This document shows positions 1-8,413 of a stretch of DNA of 42,500 bases, piece by piece; the stretch's first letter is position 1, and the number at the start of each line of letters is the position of its first letter. Made by a program: the position numbers and the translations under genes. The notes beneath the pieces are model-generated. The model worked only from the letters and a program-made list of their open reading frames with translations. It had not been told where the DNA came from and ran no database searches. Source of the stretch: a virus; the IMG/VR virus record IMGVR_UViG_3300025117_000015, positions 1 to 42,500 of that record, one strand, 5' to 3'.

Positions 1-127
1 AGTTATTACAGAATTTCATAAATGATTTTGAAGGACTTGATTCGGAAGTTGCACAGGAATATCAACAGTTATCGGAAGATGTAAGTATGGCAGATGTGCC
101 AACGGCTAATGATGTATTCGATGAGAT
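1..127. repeat. Terminal overlap identical to 42374..42500 (circularisation overlap or terminal redundancy)
   Basis: Read directly: agttattacagaatttcataaatg...gatgtattcgatgagat occurs at both ends without mismatch. Confidence 0.95.
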
Positions 128-3032
128 AAAAGCAAAATTTGAAGGGATGAAAGAAGATGCGAATACAAAGAAGTTATTGACTCTCGATTCCAAGATGAAA
201 GAATGGGTTAATAAAGAAGTTAATAAAAGAGTTCGGGATATGTCCCCAGATGTTTTAATTGGTGATTTGTTTGAGAATCTTGAAAGAGGAGAGATTGTTG
301 GCAAATCCGAAAGAGGCTTATTAAGAATGAAGGCAAAAGCTAAAACTGTTGGTGCTAGGTTAGGTTATTTAGAAGGGAGAAAAGTCGGTATCCAAATGCA
401 AAAACAACACAAGAACGAAATAATACTAAACGAGAAAGCTAGAAAACAGATGAGGGAAGAAGTAGCAAAGATAAAAACTAATTTCACAAATGCAAAGAAG
501 AAAGCAAAGACGATGATGCCTCAATATAAGAAGGCTGTCCTCGATGCAATAGGTGATATAGATATTAAGGGGATGACGGAGAAGACGTATCTGAAGTTGG
601 GTGCTATGAAAGAATACTTTAATCAACATCCAGAAGATGTTAATCTTTCCGAAACAGTTAAAAAAGGACTCGAAAGAATAGAGAAGAAGAATATCAAGGA
701 TATGACTCTTGAAGAATTGAGAGCATTAGATACATCTGTTAAACACTTCATACATCTTTCTACTAGGTTTGATATTATGACTATCGCAGGGAAGGAGAGA
801 AGTCTTGAAGCTACAAGCAATGAGATGATTAAAAGCGTTGAGGATAATGTAAAAGCAAAGAAGGTAGTTGAAGAAGAAGGGATTGTGAGTTCAAAAGAAA
901 GAGTGACGCATAACTGGATAAAGAAAAAGAATCTAGGTCGTGCGCAAATTAGGCATATAACAAGAAATCTTGATGGGCAAAAAGACGGTGGCAAGAACCA
1001 AGAAATTATTTATGGACTTGCGGATGGTGCTACTGATACGCAATTAAATCATAAGTTTAAATATAATGACGAGATTAAAAAGATAATAAAAGAACTTGGG
1101 ATAGAGAGGACATGGAGTGAATCAGGTTATTTACCCGGATATATTTCTAAAATCTATAGGACTATTACTAAAGATTCAAAGGTTGAATGGGTAAGGACTA
1201 CATTACCCGATGTGGGTGTAGTTGAAATGACACGGGCTACTAGGGTGGCTATGTATATGTACACGCAAGATGAACAGGCTTCAAAGCATTTTAGCGAAGG
1301 TGGGTTTACGTTCAGAAGTAAGTTACCAGTCTTAATTAATAAGATTTATAAGTTTAGCGATAGGGATATAAGGGAATTTATTAAGTCTTTAACTCCCGAA
1401 GAAAAAGCATTAGCCGATAAACTATGGGGAGTGCTTGGCGATATAGGCAAGGAAGTTGACGGTACATTTACAAAACTGAATGGGTATGGGTTAGAACTTG
1501 TTAAAAAATATCTACCACTTAAAGTCTTCCGCAAGGGGGAAGAAGATTTATGGTTAGCCGGCAAGGTAAAAGCCAAAGATGTTTTGAGTCATTTGAATTT
1601 TCTAAAGGAAAGAGTTGATAGTAAATTGCCAATTTATATTGATGATGTATTTGATTTAACACATAAGCATATAGAACAAACTGCAAAATACGTAGGATGG
1701 GCTGAACCGATTAGGGATATGAAAGCGTTAATGTCTAGGCAGAATTACAGGGATTCTGTAACGAAAAATTACGGCATAGAGGTACTGGATGAAATGGATT
1801 TATTCGTGGAAGACATGGAATCAATGGAGTTCAAGGGTGGTGCAATGAGTAAAAAAGCGATGGCATTGGCAAGTAAGATAGCTGTTTCGTATCTTATTTC
1901 TCCTAGTGTATTTGCCGTGCAGGCAACATCATTACCTCTAGCTTCTATTTATATAGATGAAAAATATGTTAAGCAGGGCGTGATAAATCTAGCAAGAAAT
2001 AGGAAGGAATCTATTGCGTATTGGAATAATAAATCTGTTCAATTACGAAGTAGGCATACTGGAGGTTACGACAAAGAGATTGCTGATGTCGTAGAGAATC
2101 TAGCTGTTGGCAAAGACTACTTCGGAGTTGAAAGTTTCGCTGTTAAGGGGATGAAACCCGTACAATGGATGGATGAGAATATCGTTTATGCTATTGCGGA
2201 AGCTGTTAAAGCAAAATATGTTGCAGAAGGTAAACCACTTGATGAAAAGATGGTGAAGGAGGCCGAGTATATTATTATCAAGACTCAAACTACTAACGAA
2301 ATAAAGGATAAGGCTTCTTCATTTAGAGATACTGATGTGCTGACTAGATTGACTTCTTATTTTAGAAATCAGTTGAATAAGATGGAAATACTGGCTAGAG
2401 AGAACGCACAAGATTATATAAACGGAACTATTGGCAAAGTGAAATTTGCTAAGAATACTCTTTATCTTTTATTAGGTAGCATACTAGGTGTCACTTTTGT
2501 TAGAAGAACTATGAGAAAGTTTAGAAAATTATTTGACGAAACTCCTTCCGAGGAAATACCTTTATTGGCAGATTTAACAGGGGAGAGTTTAAAAACCGTA
2601 GCTGATATGGTTGGGATTGGCTGGCTGGTTGATTCGTCTATAGATAAACAGATAAAAGGATATTATTCTAGTGAAGGTATCAATGTACCTATTTCTGATT
2701 TTTTAAATACGATTGGCGAATCAGTCAGCAATGCTATAGGTACTGTAACAAATTATGGAGAATACTATGCGTCAGGAGAGAAAGAGGGAGAATCTAAATC
2801 TACTGATTCATTGTTGAAAGCATTGGATGGGACTATTGAGGTACTTGGGACTCTCAAATCTATTCCGTATTCAAATATAAAAAACTATGGCGCACCTATA
2901 TTGAGAATATTCAAAGCGCTTGAAGAAATGAGTGTAGAGCAAATATCGGAAATGCTAGATGATGATACGGAAACAGATACAAACGTTGGTTCTATGAAAC
3001 AGAAATTATTACAAATTAAAAATAAAAAATGA
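1..3032 (+). CDS. C-terminal two thirds of a 1,509-aa virion-associated (internal/ejection or tape-measure-like) protein; continues from 40876..42500
   Basis: The frame is open from base 3 and in phase with the open frame starting at ATG 40876. The ORF track only shows internal Met 87. It follows the CHAP virion protein at the end of the structural module and has a hydrophobic segment near LLLGSILGVTFV. Confidence 0.7.
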   Translation, partial: LLQNFINDFEGLDSEVAQEYQQLSEDVSMADVPTANDVFDEIKAKFEGMKEDANTKKLLTLDSKMKEWVNKEVNKRVRDMSPDVLIGDLFENLERGEIVGKSERGLLRMKAKAKTVGARLGYLEGRKVGIQMQKQHKNEIILNEKARKQMREEVAKIKTNFTNAKKKAKTMMPQYKKAVLDAIGDIDIKGMTEKTYLKLGAMKEYFNQHPEDVNLSETVKKGLERIEKKNIKDMTLEELRALDTSVKHFIHLSTRFDIMTIAGKERSLEATSNEMIKSVEDNVKAKKVVEEEGIVSSKERVTHNWIKKKNLGRAQIRHITRNLDGQKDGGKNQEIIYGLADGATDTQLNHKFKYNDEIKKIIKELGIERTWSESGYLPGYISKIYRTITKDSKVEWVRTTLPDVGVVEMTRATRVAMYMYTQDEQASKHFSEGGFTFRSKLPVLINKIYKFSDRDIREFIKSLTPEEKALADKLWGVLGDIGKEVDGTFTKLNGYGLELVKKYLPLKVFRKGEEDLWLAGKVKAKDVLSHLNFLKERVDSKLPIYIDDVFDLTHKHIEQTAKYVGWAEPIRDMKALMSRQNYRDSVTKNYGIEVLDEMDLFVEDMESMEFKGGAMSKKAMALASKIAVSYLISPSVFAVQATSLPLASIYIDEKYVKQGVINLARNRKESIAYWNNKSVQLRSRHTGGYDKEIADVVENLAVGKDYFGVESFAVKGMKPVQWMDENIVYAIAEAVKAKYVAEGKPLDEKMVKEAEYIIIKTQTTNEIKDKASSFRDTDVLTRLTSYFRNQLNKMEILARENAQDYINGTIGKVKFAKNTLYLLLGSILGVTFVRRTMRKFRKLFDETPSEEIPLLADLTGESLKTVADMVGIGWLVDSSIDKQIKGYYSSEGINVPISDFLNTIGESVSNAIGTVTNYGEYYASGEKEGESKSTDSLLKALDGTIEVLGTLKSIPYSNIKNYGAPILRIFKALEEMSVEQISEMLDDDTETDTNVGSMKQKLLQIKNKK

Positions 3033-3232
3033 CCCACCTCTGCGGCGAACATTCAGAAGCTATAAAGAATCTAAAAGCATTAAGCGACGAGCATAATAAA
3101 TTGCTTAAAGCTATAGATAGAAAACAATGGCTTATCATACTAGGTATGGTATTACTTAGAGCGTCATACACACCAGAAGTGATTAACGAAGTGGCTAAAA
3201 TGTATTCATATATTTCAAAACTAACAATATAA
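3029..3232 (+). CDS. Small protein (67 aa) with one hydrophobic segment
   Basis: ATGA start/stop overlap with the giant ORF. WLIILGMVLL is a putative TM segment. No recognisable family. Confidence 0.4.
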   Translation: MTHLCGEHSEAIKNLKALSDEHNKLLKAIDRKQWLIILGMVLLRASYTPEVINEVAKMYSYISKLTI

Positions 3233-3233
3233 C

Positions 3234-3323
3234 ATGGCAAAAAAGACCTGTGCTAAAAAATCAGGCATGATGAAACAAAAAGTTAAGACAATCAGGAAGA
3301 CAAACAGGAAATGGAAAGTTTAA
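3234..3323 (+). CDS. Possible 29-aa highly basic peptide (MAKKTCAKKSGMMKQKVKTIRKTNRKWKV)
   Basis: Hand-translated ORF below the track cutoff. It starts 2 nt after the preceding stop and fills an otherwise empty gap before the lysis genes. Confidence 0.25.
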   Translation: MAKKTCAKKSGMMKQKVKTIRKTNRKWKV

Positions 3324-3333
3324 CCCAATTTAT

Positions 3334-3777
3334 ATGCAAATTCTAAGCCAGCGAGAGCCTCGATGGGCGAAAGTAAAAATAGGTGCTTCAAATCTAACAG
3401 TAGGTCGTTACGGCTGCACGATTACGTCAATGTCCATGCTAACAGACTACTTCGGGATATGGGGAAGTCCTGAACAGATTGCAGGACATAACGAGTGGTT
3501 TACAAAGGAGGGATTGGTAACATGGAAGAATCTTAGTTTGAAAGCCATGAAGTTTGAGAAGCGACTATACGGCAGGAAAGACGCTGAAATTATGGCTTCA
3601 GTAGAAGACCCAGACAAAGCTGTAATCTTAGAGGTAGACCATTCGCATTGGGTAGTCTGCCTGGGTAGGAATATATTTGGCAAGTATAAGATTGCAGACC
3701 CGTGGGATGGAAAGAAAAAGCTAATTACAGCTTATGGAGAAATCACAGGTTCAGCACATTTTATCAGGCGTAAGTAA
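3334..3777 (+). CDS. Endolysin candidate, papain-fold cysteine peptidase (Peptidase_C39_2-like)
   Basis: Q..PRW...GRYGCTITSMSML..YFG around the putative nucleophile Cys. VILEVDHSHWVV and ADPWDG fit the His/Asp region of C39-like peptidases. A membrane protein follows. Confidence 0.55.
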   Translation: MQILSQREPRWAKVKIGASNLTVGRYGCTITSMSMLTDYFGIWGSPEQIAGHNEWFTKEGLVTWKNLSLKAMKFEKRLYGRKDAEIMASVEDPDKAVILEVDHSHWVVCLGRNIFGKYKIADPWDGKKKLITAYGEITGSAHFIRRK

Positions 3778-3795
3778 TTCATAACCCTCAATAAC

Positions 3796-4068
3796 ATGAA
3801 TTTCGTAATCAAAACCATGAAGGAGTACAAGGCAACGATAGCGTATTTCAAGAAGGAATACCCTGATACTTATGCTGTTGTAAGCTCAATCGCAAAATCA
3901 GTATCAGCAGGGTTGGTACTTATTTTATGCGGATATATAGCAAACCCTGAATCGTTCAAGGTCGTATCAATATCGGCACTTGGGTTCACCTTGCTTAGAC
4001 TCATAGCAACATCTGTTGCATATCAACTAAGTAAGCCAAACACAGAAGTAAAAACTTCAAAAATATAG
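3796..4068 (+). CDS. Holin-like small membrane protein (90 aa, two hydrophobic segments)
   Basis: AGLVLILCGYIA and ISALGFTLLRLIATSVAY are hydrophobic stretches and the C-terminus is charged. It lies immediately downstream of the peptidase. Confidence 0.45.
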   Translation: MNFVIKTMKEYKATIAYFKKEYPDTYAVVSSIAKSVSAGLVLILCGYIANPESFKVVSISALGFTLLRLIATSVAYQLSKPNTEVKTSKI

Positions 4069-4096
4069 CCACCTATGTAAAAGTAGCGATGGCCAG

Positions 4097-4118
4097 AAGA
4101 CTCCCTACGGGGAGTTTT
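4097..4118. terminator. Bidirectional intrinsic terminator at the convergent strand switch
   Basis: Stem aagactccc / gggagtttt (4097..4105 with 4110..4118) closes a tacg (UNCG-type) tetraloop. It is flanked by a T-run on plus and tcttct on minus, between the last plus and last minus genes. Confidence 0.55.
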
Positions 4119-4289
4119 CTATTTCTCAATAGGCAAGGGCTTGGAAGCTATCGATAAGTTTCTTTCTAGGTCGAGTCTACTACAAATTCTTTCCATTAGG
4201 ATATTCATACCTGTCAAAATAAATGGATTTGCTTTTTTATATTCTTGCGTTAATCTTATGTGTAATTCTATGAGGTCTTTGTCAGTCAT
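4119..4289 (-). CDS. Small hypothetical protein (56 aa, MTDKDLIELHIRLTQEYKK...)
   Basis: Hand-translated. Its ATG overlaps the TGA of the upstream methyltransferase (ATGA). Its stop abuts the terminator hairpin. Confidence 0.4.
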   Translation of the reverse strand: MTDKDLIELHIRLTQEYKKANPFILTGMNILMERICSRLDLERNLSIASKPLPIEK

Positions 4290-5053
4290 ATAAATAGTTT
4301 TTCATTATAATCATGCAGTCTTTTGTTTATAATCTCAATGTACTCTGGTTCTTTTTCTATAAGGATGTAGTTTCTGTTTAAGTTCTTACAAGCCACGCCT
4401 GTCGTCCCGCTACCAGCACAGTTATCTAAAACCAAATCTCCTTCGTTGGTGTAGGTTTTTATAAGATATTCAAATAGGGCTACTGGTTTTTGGGTTGGGT
4501 GTAATTTTTCTTTATCTTCTTTTATGTCAGTTAGTGTTTGTTTTGGGTAGCCAGTAAATTCTTGTATGTATTCTTTTCCTTCAGTCCTTAAACTACCTTT
4601 ATTTTTACTATCGACTATACTTGTTCTTAAACTTTCACCACCAACACTTTTACCATTTTTACATTTCTTGTCTATTCTAATCAAGTCTTGTGGAAAATAA
4701 TTTGTTCGTTCTTTTGAGAAAACCAAAACATCTTCGTAATTTCTAAGAGGTTGTTTTTTTGCATTTGCAAATCCCGTTATTCTATTCTTAACCCAAACCC
4801 ACTCATACTTAAACATCTTTATATTACTCATCACTAAAGCACTGGTAAAAGGTTGTGAAGCCGTTAAAACGATCGCCCCATTATCCTTTATAATTCTTTT
4901 GTATTGTTCCCATAGTGGCTCAAAAGGAATGACGGTGTCCCATTTACAAGCAGTCGTTCCGTAAGGCAAATCTGCTAAAATCATATCAATACTCTTATTA
5001 GGTATATCTTTCATTACTTCTAAACAATCTCCTTGTATTACCTTATCAGTCAT
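4286..5053 (-). CDS. DNA methyltransferase, beta-class N6-adenine/N4-cytosine (PF01555-like), copy 1
   Basis: Motif IV-like DLPYG lies near the N-terminus. HPTQKP and motif I DNCAGSGTTG lie near the C-terminus. Confidence 0.85.
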   Translation of the reverse strand: MTDKVIQGDCLEVMKDIPNKSIDMILADLPYGTTACKWDTVIPFEPLWEQYKRIIKDNGAIVLTASQPFTSALVMSNIKMFKYEWVWVKNRITGFANAKKQPLRNYEDVLVFSKERTNYFPQDLIRIDKKCKNGKSVGGESLRTSIVDSKNKGSLRTEGKEYIQEFTGYPKQTLTDIKEDKEKLHPTQKPVALFEYLIKTYTNEGDLVLDNCAGSGTTGVACKNLNRNYILIEKEPEYIEIINKRLHDYNEKLFI

Positions 5054-5405
5054 GCGGTTGTTGTTTTAGTATTTCTTCTACAAAGGCGATTGCTTCATCA
5101 GCACCGTAACATACCTTTGCCTCGACATTCGGTATCTTCTGTAAGGCTTCAAGCCATTGTTTTTGTGCTTCGGATATGTTCGAGCCTTTCTTCCGCTTCA
5201 TCTCTATAAACACAAGCCCTTGTGGGAGTATTATCATGTAATCAGGAACGCCACCACTCACACCCATTTTCTTGTTTATTGAGCGTATTCCCCACGAATA
5301 AGACTCCTGAGCTAGGTGGTTAAACATAAAGCCTTTATTTCTGCACCAATCGGCGAATACATAACATTCCTCTCTCTCTAACGGTGTATCGTTTAATTTC
5401 GACAT
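5046..5405 (-). CDS. VRR-NUC domain nuclease
   Basis: GVSGGVPDYMII...VFIEMKRKKG..SEAQKQW...GADEAIAFV matches the VRR-NUC PD-(D/E)XK signature. Confidence 0.75.
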   Translation of the reverse strand: MSKLNDTPLEREECYVFADWCRNKGFMFNHLAQESYSWGIRSINKKMGVSGGVPDYMIILPQGLVFIEMKRKKGSNISEAQKQWLEALQKIPNVEAKVCYGADEAIAFVEEILKQQPHD

Positions 5406-5644
5406 AGTTTTGACGCATAGTTATTAAATGAATAAACGCTCATATCATTACCTTCTCGAATCTTTGCTCGTTCGGCTTGCGTTAAACAAGTGGAAGCCTT
5501 GACTAGATGGTTGCCTCGTCTAATCCAAATCCCATCATCAAGACAATGCGGATTCGCTTTGACGTAATCTATATAGTTTTTTACCTTAGCCTGTGCTCGC
5601 TTGAAGGCACTATTTTGCTTCAAACGTTGGTGATCGTTTATCAT
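5393..5644 (-). CDS. Hypothetical protein (83 aa)
   Basis: ORF in operon context, overlapping its neighbour by 13 nt. No recognisable motif. Confidence 0.5.
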   Translation of the reverse strand: MINDHQRLKQNSAFKRAQAKVKNYIDYVKANPHCLDDGIWIRRGNHLVKASTCLTQAERAKIREGNDMSVYSFNNYASKLCRN

Positions 5645-5655
5645 TTTGTTTTTAT

Positions 5656-6240
5656 TTAGGAATACTTTGGAATGAACTTAATTGCTTCAACATATTCAAT
5701 CTCATCGAAGTTCCGTTCACAGAGCCAGAAGTAACCATCCTTGCCGAAATCAATACCATGCGAATTTACAAACTCCAACGTGCTACCCATGCCTAGTCCG
5801 TACACAGCATGACCATCAATTCGCTTCGTATCTTTTGGTGGCTGATACACTCCCCACTCATCAATACGATTGCGGAATCCTCCTTGTCTTATTTTAATGC
5901 CGTAAATTAGAGCGTAGCCTGCGCTGTAAGCGTCATGTAGAGCAGAGGTGGATAACTTAGCCTTCTTGCTTCGTAACGCTCTGTGGACAGTCTTATGCTC
6001 GGCAATTTTGTAGCCACAGAATGACTCTCTCGACATGTAATATACTAGCTCGGGGAGTTTGATTACTTGTTTACCAGTTCTACCCTTTGAGGCGAGAGCT
6101 TTCTTTGCATACTGTTCAATCTCGGAATCGGTAGGAATCACGTTGTACTTATCTTGCAAAGCGTAAGCGATTGCATACAGATAGCAGATTGGAGATTGCT
6201 GTTTATAGATTTTTGTTATCATGTTTTTGTTAATAGACAA
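5656..6240 (-). CDS. Papain-like (C1-family-like) cysteine peptidase
   Basis: QQSPICYLYA is a candidate Gln/Cys oxyanion-nucleophile region. IDGHAVYGLG and VNSHG..FGKDGYFWL parallel papain DHAV..VGYG and KNSWG..WGE.GY. Confidence 0.55.
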   Translation of the reverse strand: MSINKNMITKIYKQQSPICYLYAIAYALQDKYNVIPTDSEIEQYAKKALASKGRTGKQVIKLPELVYYMSRESFCGYKIAEHKTVHRALRSKKAKLSTSALHDAYSAGYALIYGIKIRQGGFRNRIDEWGVYQPPKDTKRIDGHAVYGLGMGSTLEFVNSHGIDFGKDGYFWLCERNFDEIEYVEAIKFIPKYS

Positions 6241-6350
6241 TACATCCTACAAGAAGAGAAAAAAACCTATGGCTATCCTACGGCAACAGGCTAACAAAAT
6301 CACTCTTCTTGTAGGTTGCGTTATCTATTATCATGTTTGTTTTATTACAG

Positions 6351-6485
6351 TTAGAGTTCAGGATGTTCATTATGGATATGGAGCGCCAATAATATACCAA
6401 CCACAACAAGCCCTATTATATATCCGATTGCTAAAGCTAATTTTATATAATCCATGTTTGTTTTATTACGGGATAACTGTTTCAT
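6351..6485 (-). CDS. Small membrane peptide (44 aa, or 34 aa from the internal Met at 6455)
   Basis: Hand-translated: ...MDYIKLALAIGYIIGLVVVGILLALHIHNEHPEL. The internal ATG is preceded by the repeated leader GTAATAAAACAAAC. Confidence 0.35.
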   Translation of the reverse strand: MKQLSRNKTNMDYIKLALAIGYIIGLVVVGILLALHIHNEHPEL

Positions 6486-6545
6486 ACAACTGTCGAAAAG
6501 TCAAGGTCGCAATACGCTCCTGCTTGTTCGAAAGTGAATTTCATA

Positions 6546-7298
6546 TCAGAATAGTTTGGTTGGTAGGCTTTTAATTCTTTCTTCACAAATCTTTACATAC
6601 TGTGGTTCTTTTTCTATTAAGATAAAATTTCTATTGAGGTTTTTACACGCTACTCCTGTCGTTCCGCTACCCGCACAGTTATCTAAAACTAAATCTCCTT
6701 CGTTGGTGTAGGTTTTGATAAGATATTCAAAGAGTGCTACTGGTTTTTGGGTGGGGTGTAATCCATTTTGCTTATTGAAAGTTAGGATACTTTTGGGATA
6801 CTTAAAGTCAGATGTATATTGTTTGGATATTGTGTTTTTTCTTGCGTATAACTCACTGTCTTTGCCTTTTTTGTATTTTATTATCTTTTCTCTTTTTTCT
6901 AATTGAGGGTTAAACTTCATGTTCCTTTTACTACAATTTGCCGTTGCACCACTAGAAAATATACAAATATCTTCGTGAGAAATCATTGGTTTAATTTTAG
7001 CCGTAAGAAAGTTTCCTGCCTTGACTTTATTCCAAACTAGACAATACTTAAACATCTTGATGTTACTCATCACTAAAGCACTAGTAAAAGGCTGTGAAGC
7101 GGTTAAAACTATCGCACCATTATCTTTGATAATTCTCTTGTATTGCTCCCATAATGGCTCAAAAGGTATTATGGTATCCCACTTACACGCAGTAGTCCCA
7201 TAAGGTAAGTCACAAAGTATCATATCTATACTTTTGTCAGGTATTTCCTTCATTACTTCTAAACAATCTCCGCAATATATTTTGTTTAATTCGAACAT
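6546..7298 (-). CDS. DNA methyltransferase, beta-class N6-adenine/N4-cytosine, copy 2 (paralogue of 4286..5053 with a different central segment)
   Basis: It carries the same DLPYG, HPTQKP and DNCAGSGTTG motifs. The N-terminal ~85 aa and C-terminal ~65 aa are nearly identical to copy 1. Confidence 0.85.
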   Translation of the reverse strand: MFELNKIYCGDCLEVMKEIPDKSIDMILCDLPYGTTACKWDTIIPFEPLWEQYKRIIKDNGAIVLTASQPFTSALVMSNIKMFKYCLVWNKVKAGNFLTAKIKPMISHEDICIFSSGATANCSKRNMKFNPQLEKREKIIKYKKGKDSELYARKNTISKQYTSDFKYPKSILTFNKQNGLHPTQKPVALFEYLIKTYTNEGDLVLDNCAGSGTTGVACKNLNRNFILIEKEPQYVKICEERIKSLPTKLF

Positions 7299-7342
7299 AA
7301 ATTGTTAAAAATTAAGCGTTAATAGGGGTGAATTTCATAGGG

Positions 7343-7576
7343 TTATTTATTATCAATAGCATTTTGCTGGTATTCCTTTTCTTCTTCCGATAAATACTTA
7401 TGTCTTACCATATATCTTTCTATTTCGTTTTCGTAGAATGTTTTAATTTTATTATCCATACGGCTATATATTTCATAAGTTGGTTCGTCTTTACCTTTAG
7501 AAGGAAGCCAACTTTTAACAACCACTCCTATGTTTTCGCCTTCTATGATTACGATGTCGCCGAATGTAAATTTCAT
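7343..7576 (-). CDS. Hypothetical protein (77 aa)
   Basis: ORF in the minus-strand operon. No motif recognised. Confidence 0.5.
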   Translation of the reverse strand: MKFTFGDIVIIEGENIGVVVKSWLPSKGKDEPTYEIYSRMDNKIKTFYENEIERYMVRHKYLSEEEKEYQQNAIDNK

Positions 7577-7596
7577 TGTAGTATTTTAGTTAAAAA

Positions 7597-7809
7597 TTAA
7601 GCGTTAATTGGTTGAGCAATACAGCACATTACAGCCTGAGCCTTACTTCCGACTCCGTGTTTTACATTACTTAATACGAACTGTCCTCTTGTGTCTACTA
7701 TCAGGTCGCCAATCAAACACATTTCACTCTCCTCTCGGACTCGTCTGTATGCCGTGGCTTGGTCTAGGACTATCTCTTGTTGTCGCTGGCATTGTGGAAG
7801 TGTGTTCAT
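7597..7809 (-). CDS. Hypothetical protein (70 aa)
   Basis: ORF in the minus-strand operon. Plus-strand ORFs over the same span look like shadows. Confidence 0.4.
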   Translation of the reverse strand: MNTLPQCQRQQEIVLDQATAYRRVREESEMCLIGDLIVDTRGQFVLSNVKHGVGSKAQAVMCCIAQPINA

Positions 7810-7821
7810 TTTGTTGTTGGG

Positions 7822-8064
7822 TTATACCGAACATTTTATAGATAATACCTCATATTTTATGCGTTTATCTTGGTTTTCCTTATTCAACTTAACTTCAAAA
7901 TCTTTTTTCCTTTTTGAGGTTAGCCATCCCATGTGATTTTCACTCTCGAAAGATATTGTCTGCTTTGAAATTATCATCTCGCATTCATGCCCCTCGATAG
8001 ACGACAGAAGTGGAGATAATTCATTATTTATTGTTTGTATATCTATTTCGATTTTCTTCTTCAT
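7822..8064 (-). CDS. Hypothetical protein (80 aa)
   Basis: ORF in the minus-strand operon. Confidence 0.45.
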   Translation of the reverse strand: MKKKIEIDIQTINNELSPLLSSIEGHECEMIISKQTISFESENHMGWLTSKRKKDFEVKLNKENQDKRIKYEVLSIKCSV

Positions 8065-8186
8065 AGCTTTTATTGTTATTGAATCCTTGTAACGAGCGGA
8101 TAATCGACCTCAACTGTTACGGAGTGGTTACCGTTATACTCATTAGTCAACTATCCCCGCAAATCGAGCGTCAAATTGTGAAAGAG

Positions 8187-8402
8187 CTATAATTTCATCA
8201 ATTCTTCATCTATCAATTCAAGCCTTTTATTCACAACACAAAGCCTAGATATAGTAGCATCAAGTGCTGGTTGAGGTTGGCTACCATCTGATTCCTTTGG
8301 CATAACGGGGAATAGCCTATCTTCGATTCTACTAACATACTTCTCGATTGCCTCTAATACTGAATGTACTGTCGGTTTTTCACAAACCTTTGTTGGTTCC
8401 AT
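8187..8402 (-). CDS. Hypothetical protein (71 aa)
   Basis: ORF in the minus-strand operon. Confidence 0.45.
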   Translation of the reverse strand: MEPTKVCEKPTVHSVLEAIEKYVSRIEDRLFPVMPKESDGSQPQPALDATISRLCVVNKRLELIDEELMKL

Positions 8403-8413
8403 ACGATTTTAAG

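Noticed and set aside
6221-6574. 117-aa plus-strand ORF in the gap between the papain-like peptidase and methyltransferase 2
   Set aside because: It lies antisense to a uniformly minus-strand operon and has an odd composition. It overlaps both flanking minus-strand genes and spans the duplicated minus-strand leaders. It is most likely a chance ORF.
7608-7936. Two overlapping plus-strand ORFs (77 and 81 aa)
   Set aside because: They are opposite the minus-strand operon genes 7597..7809 and 7822..8064, have no promoter or leader features, and are likely shadows. Confidence in the minus-strand calls here is only moderate.
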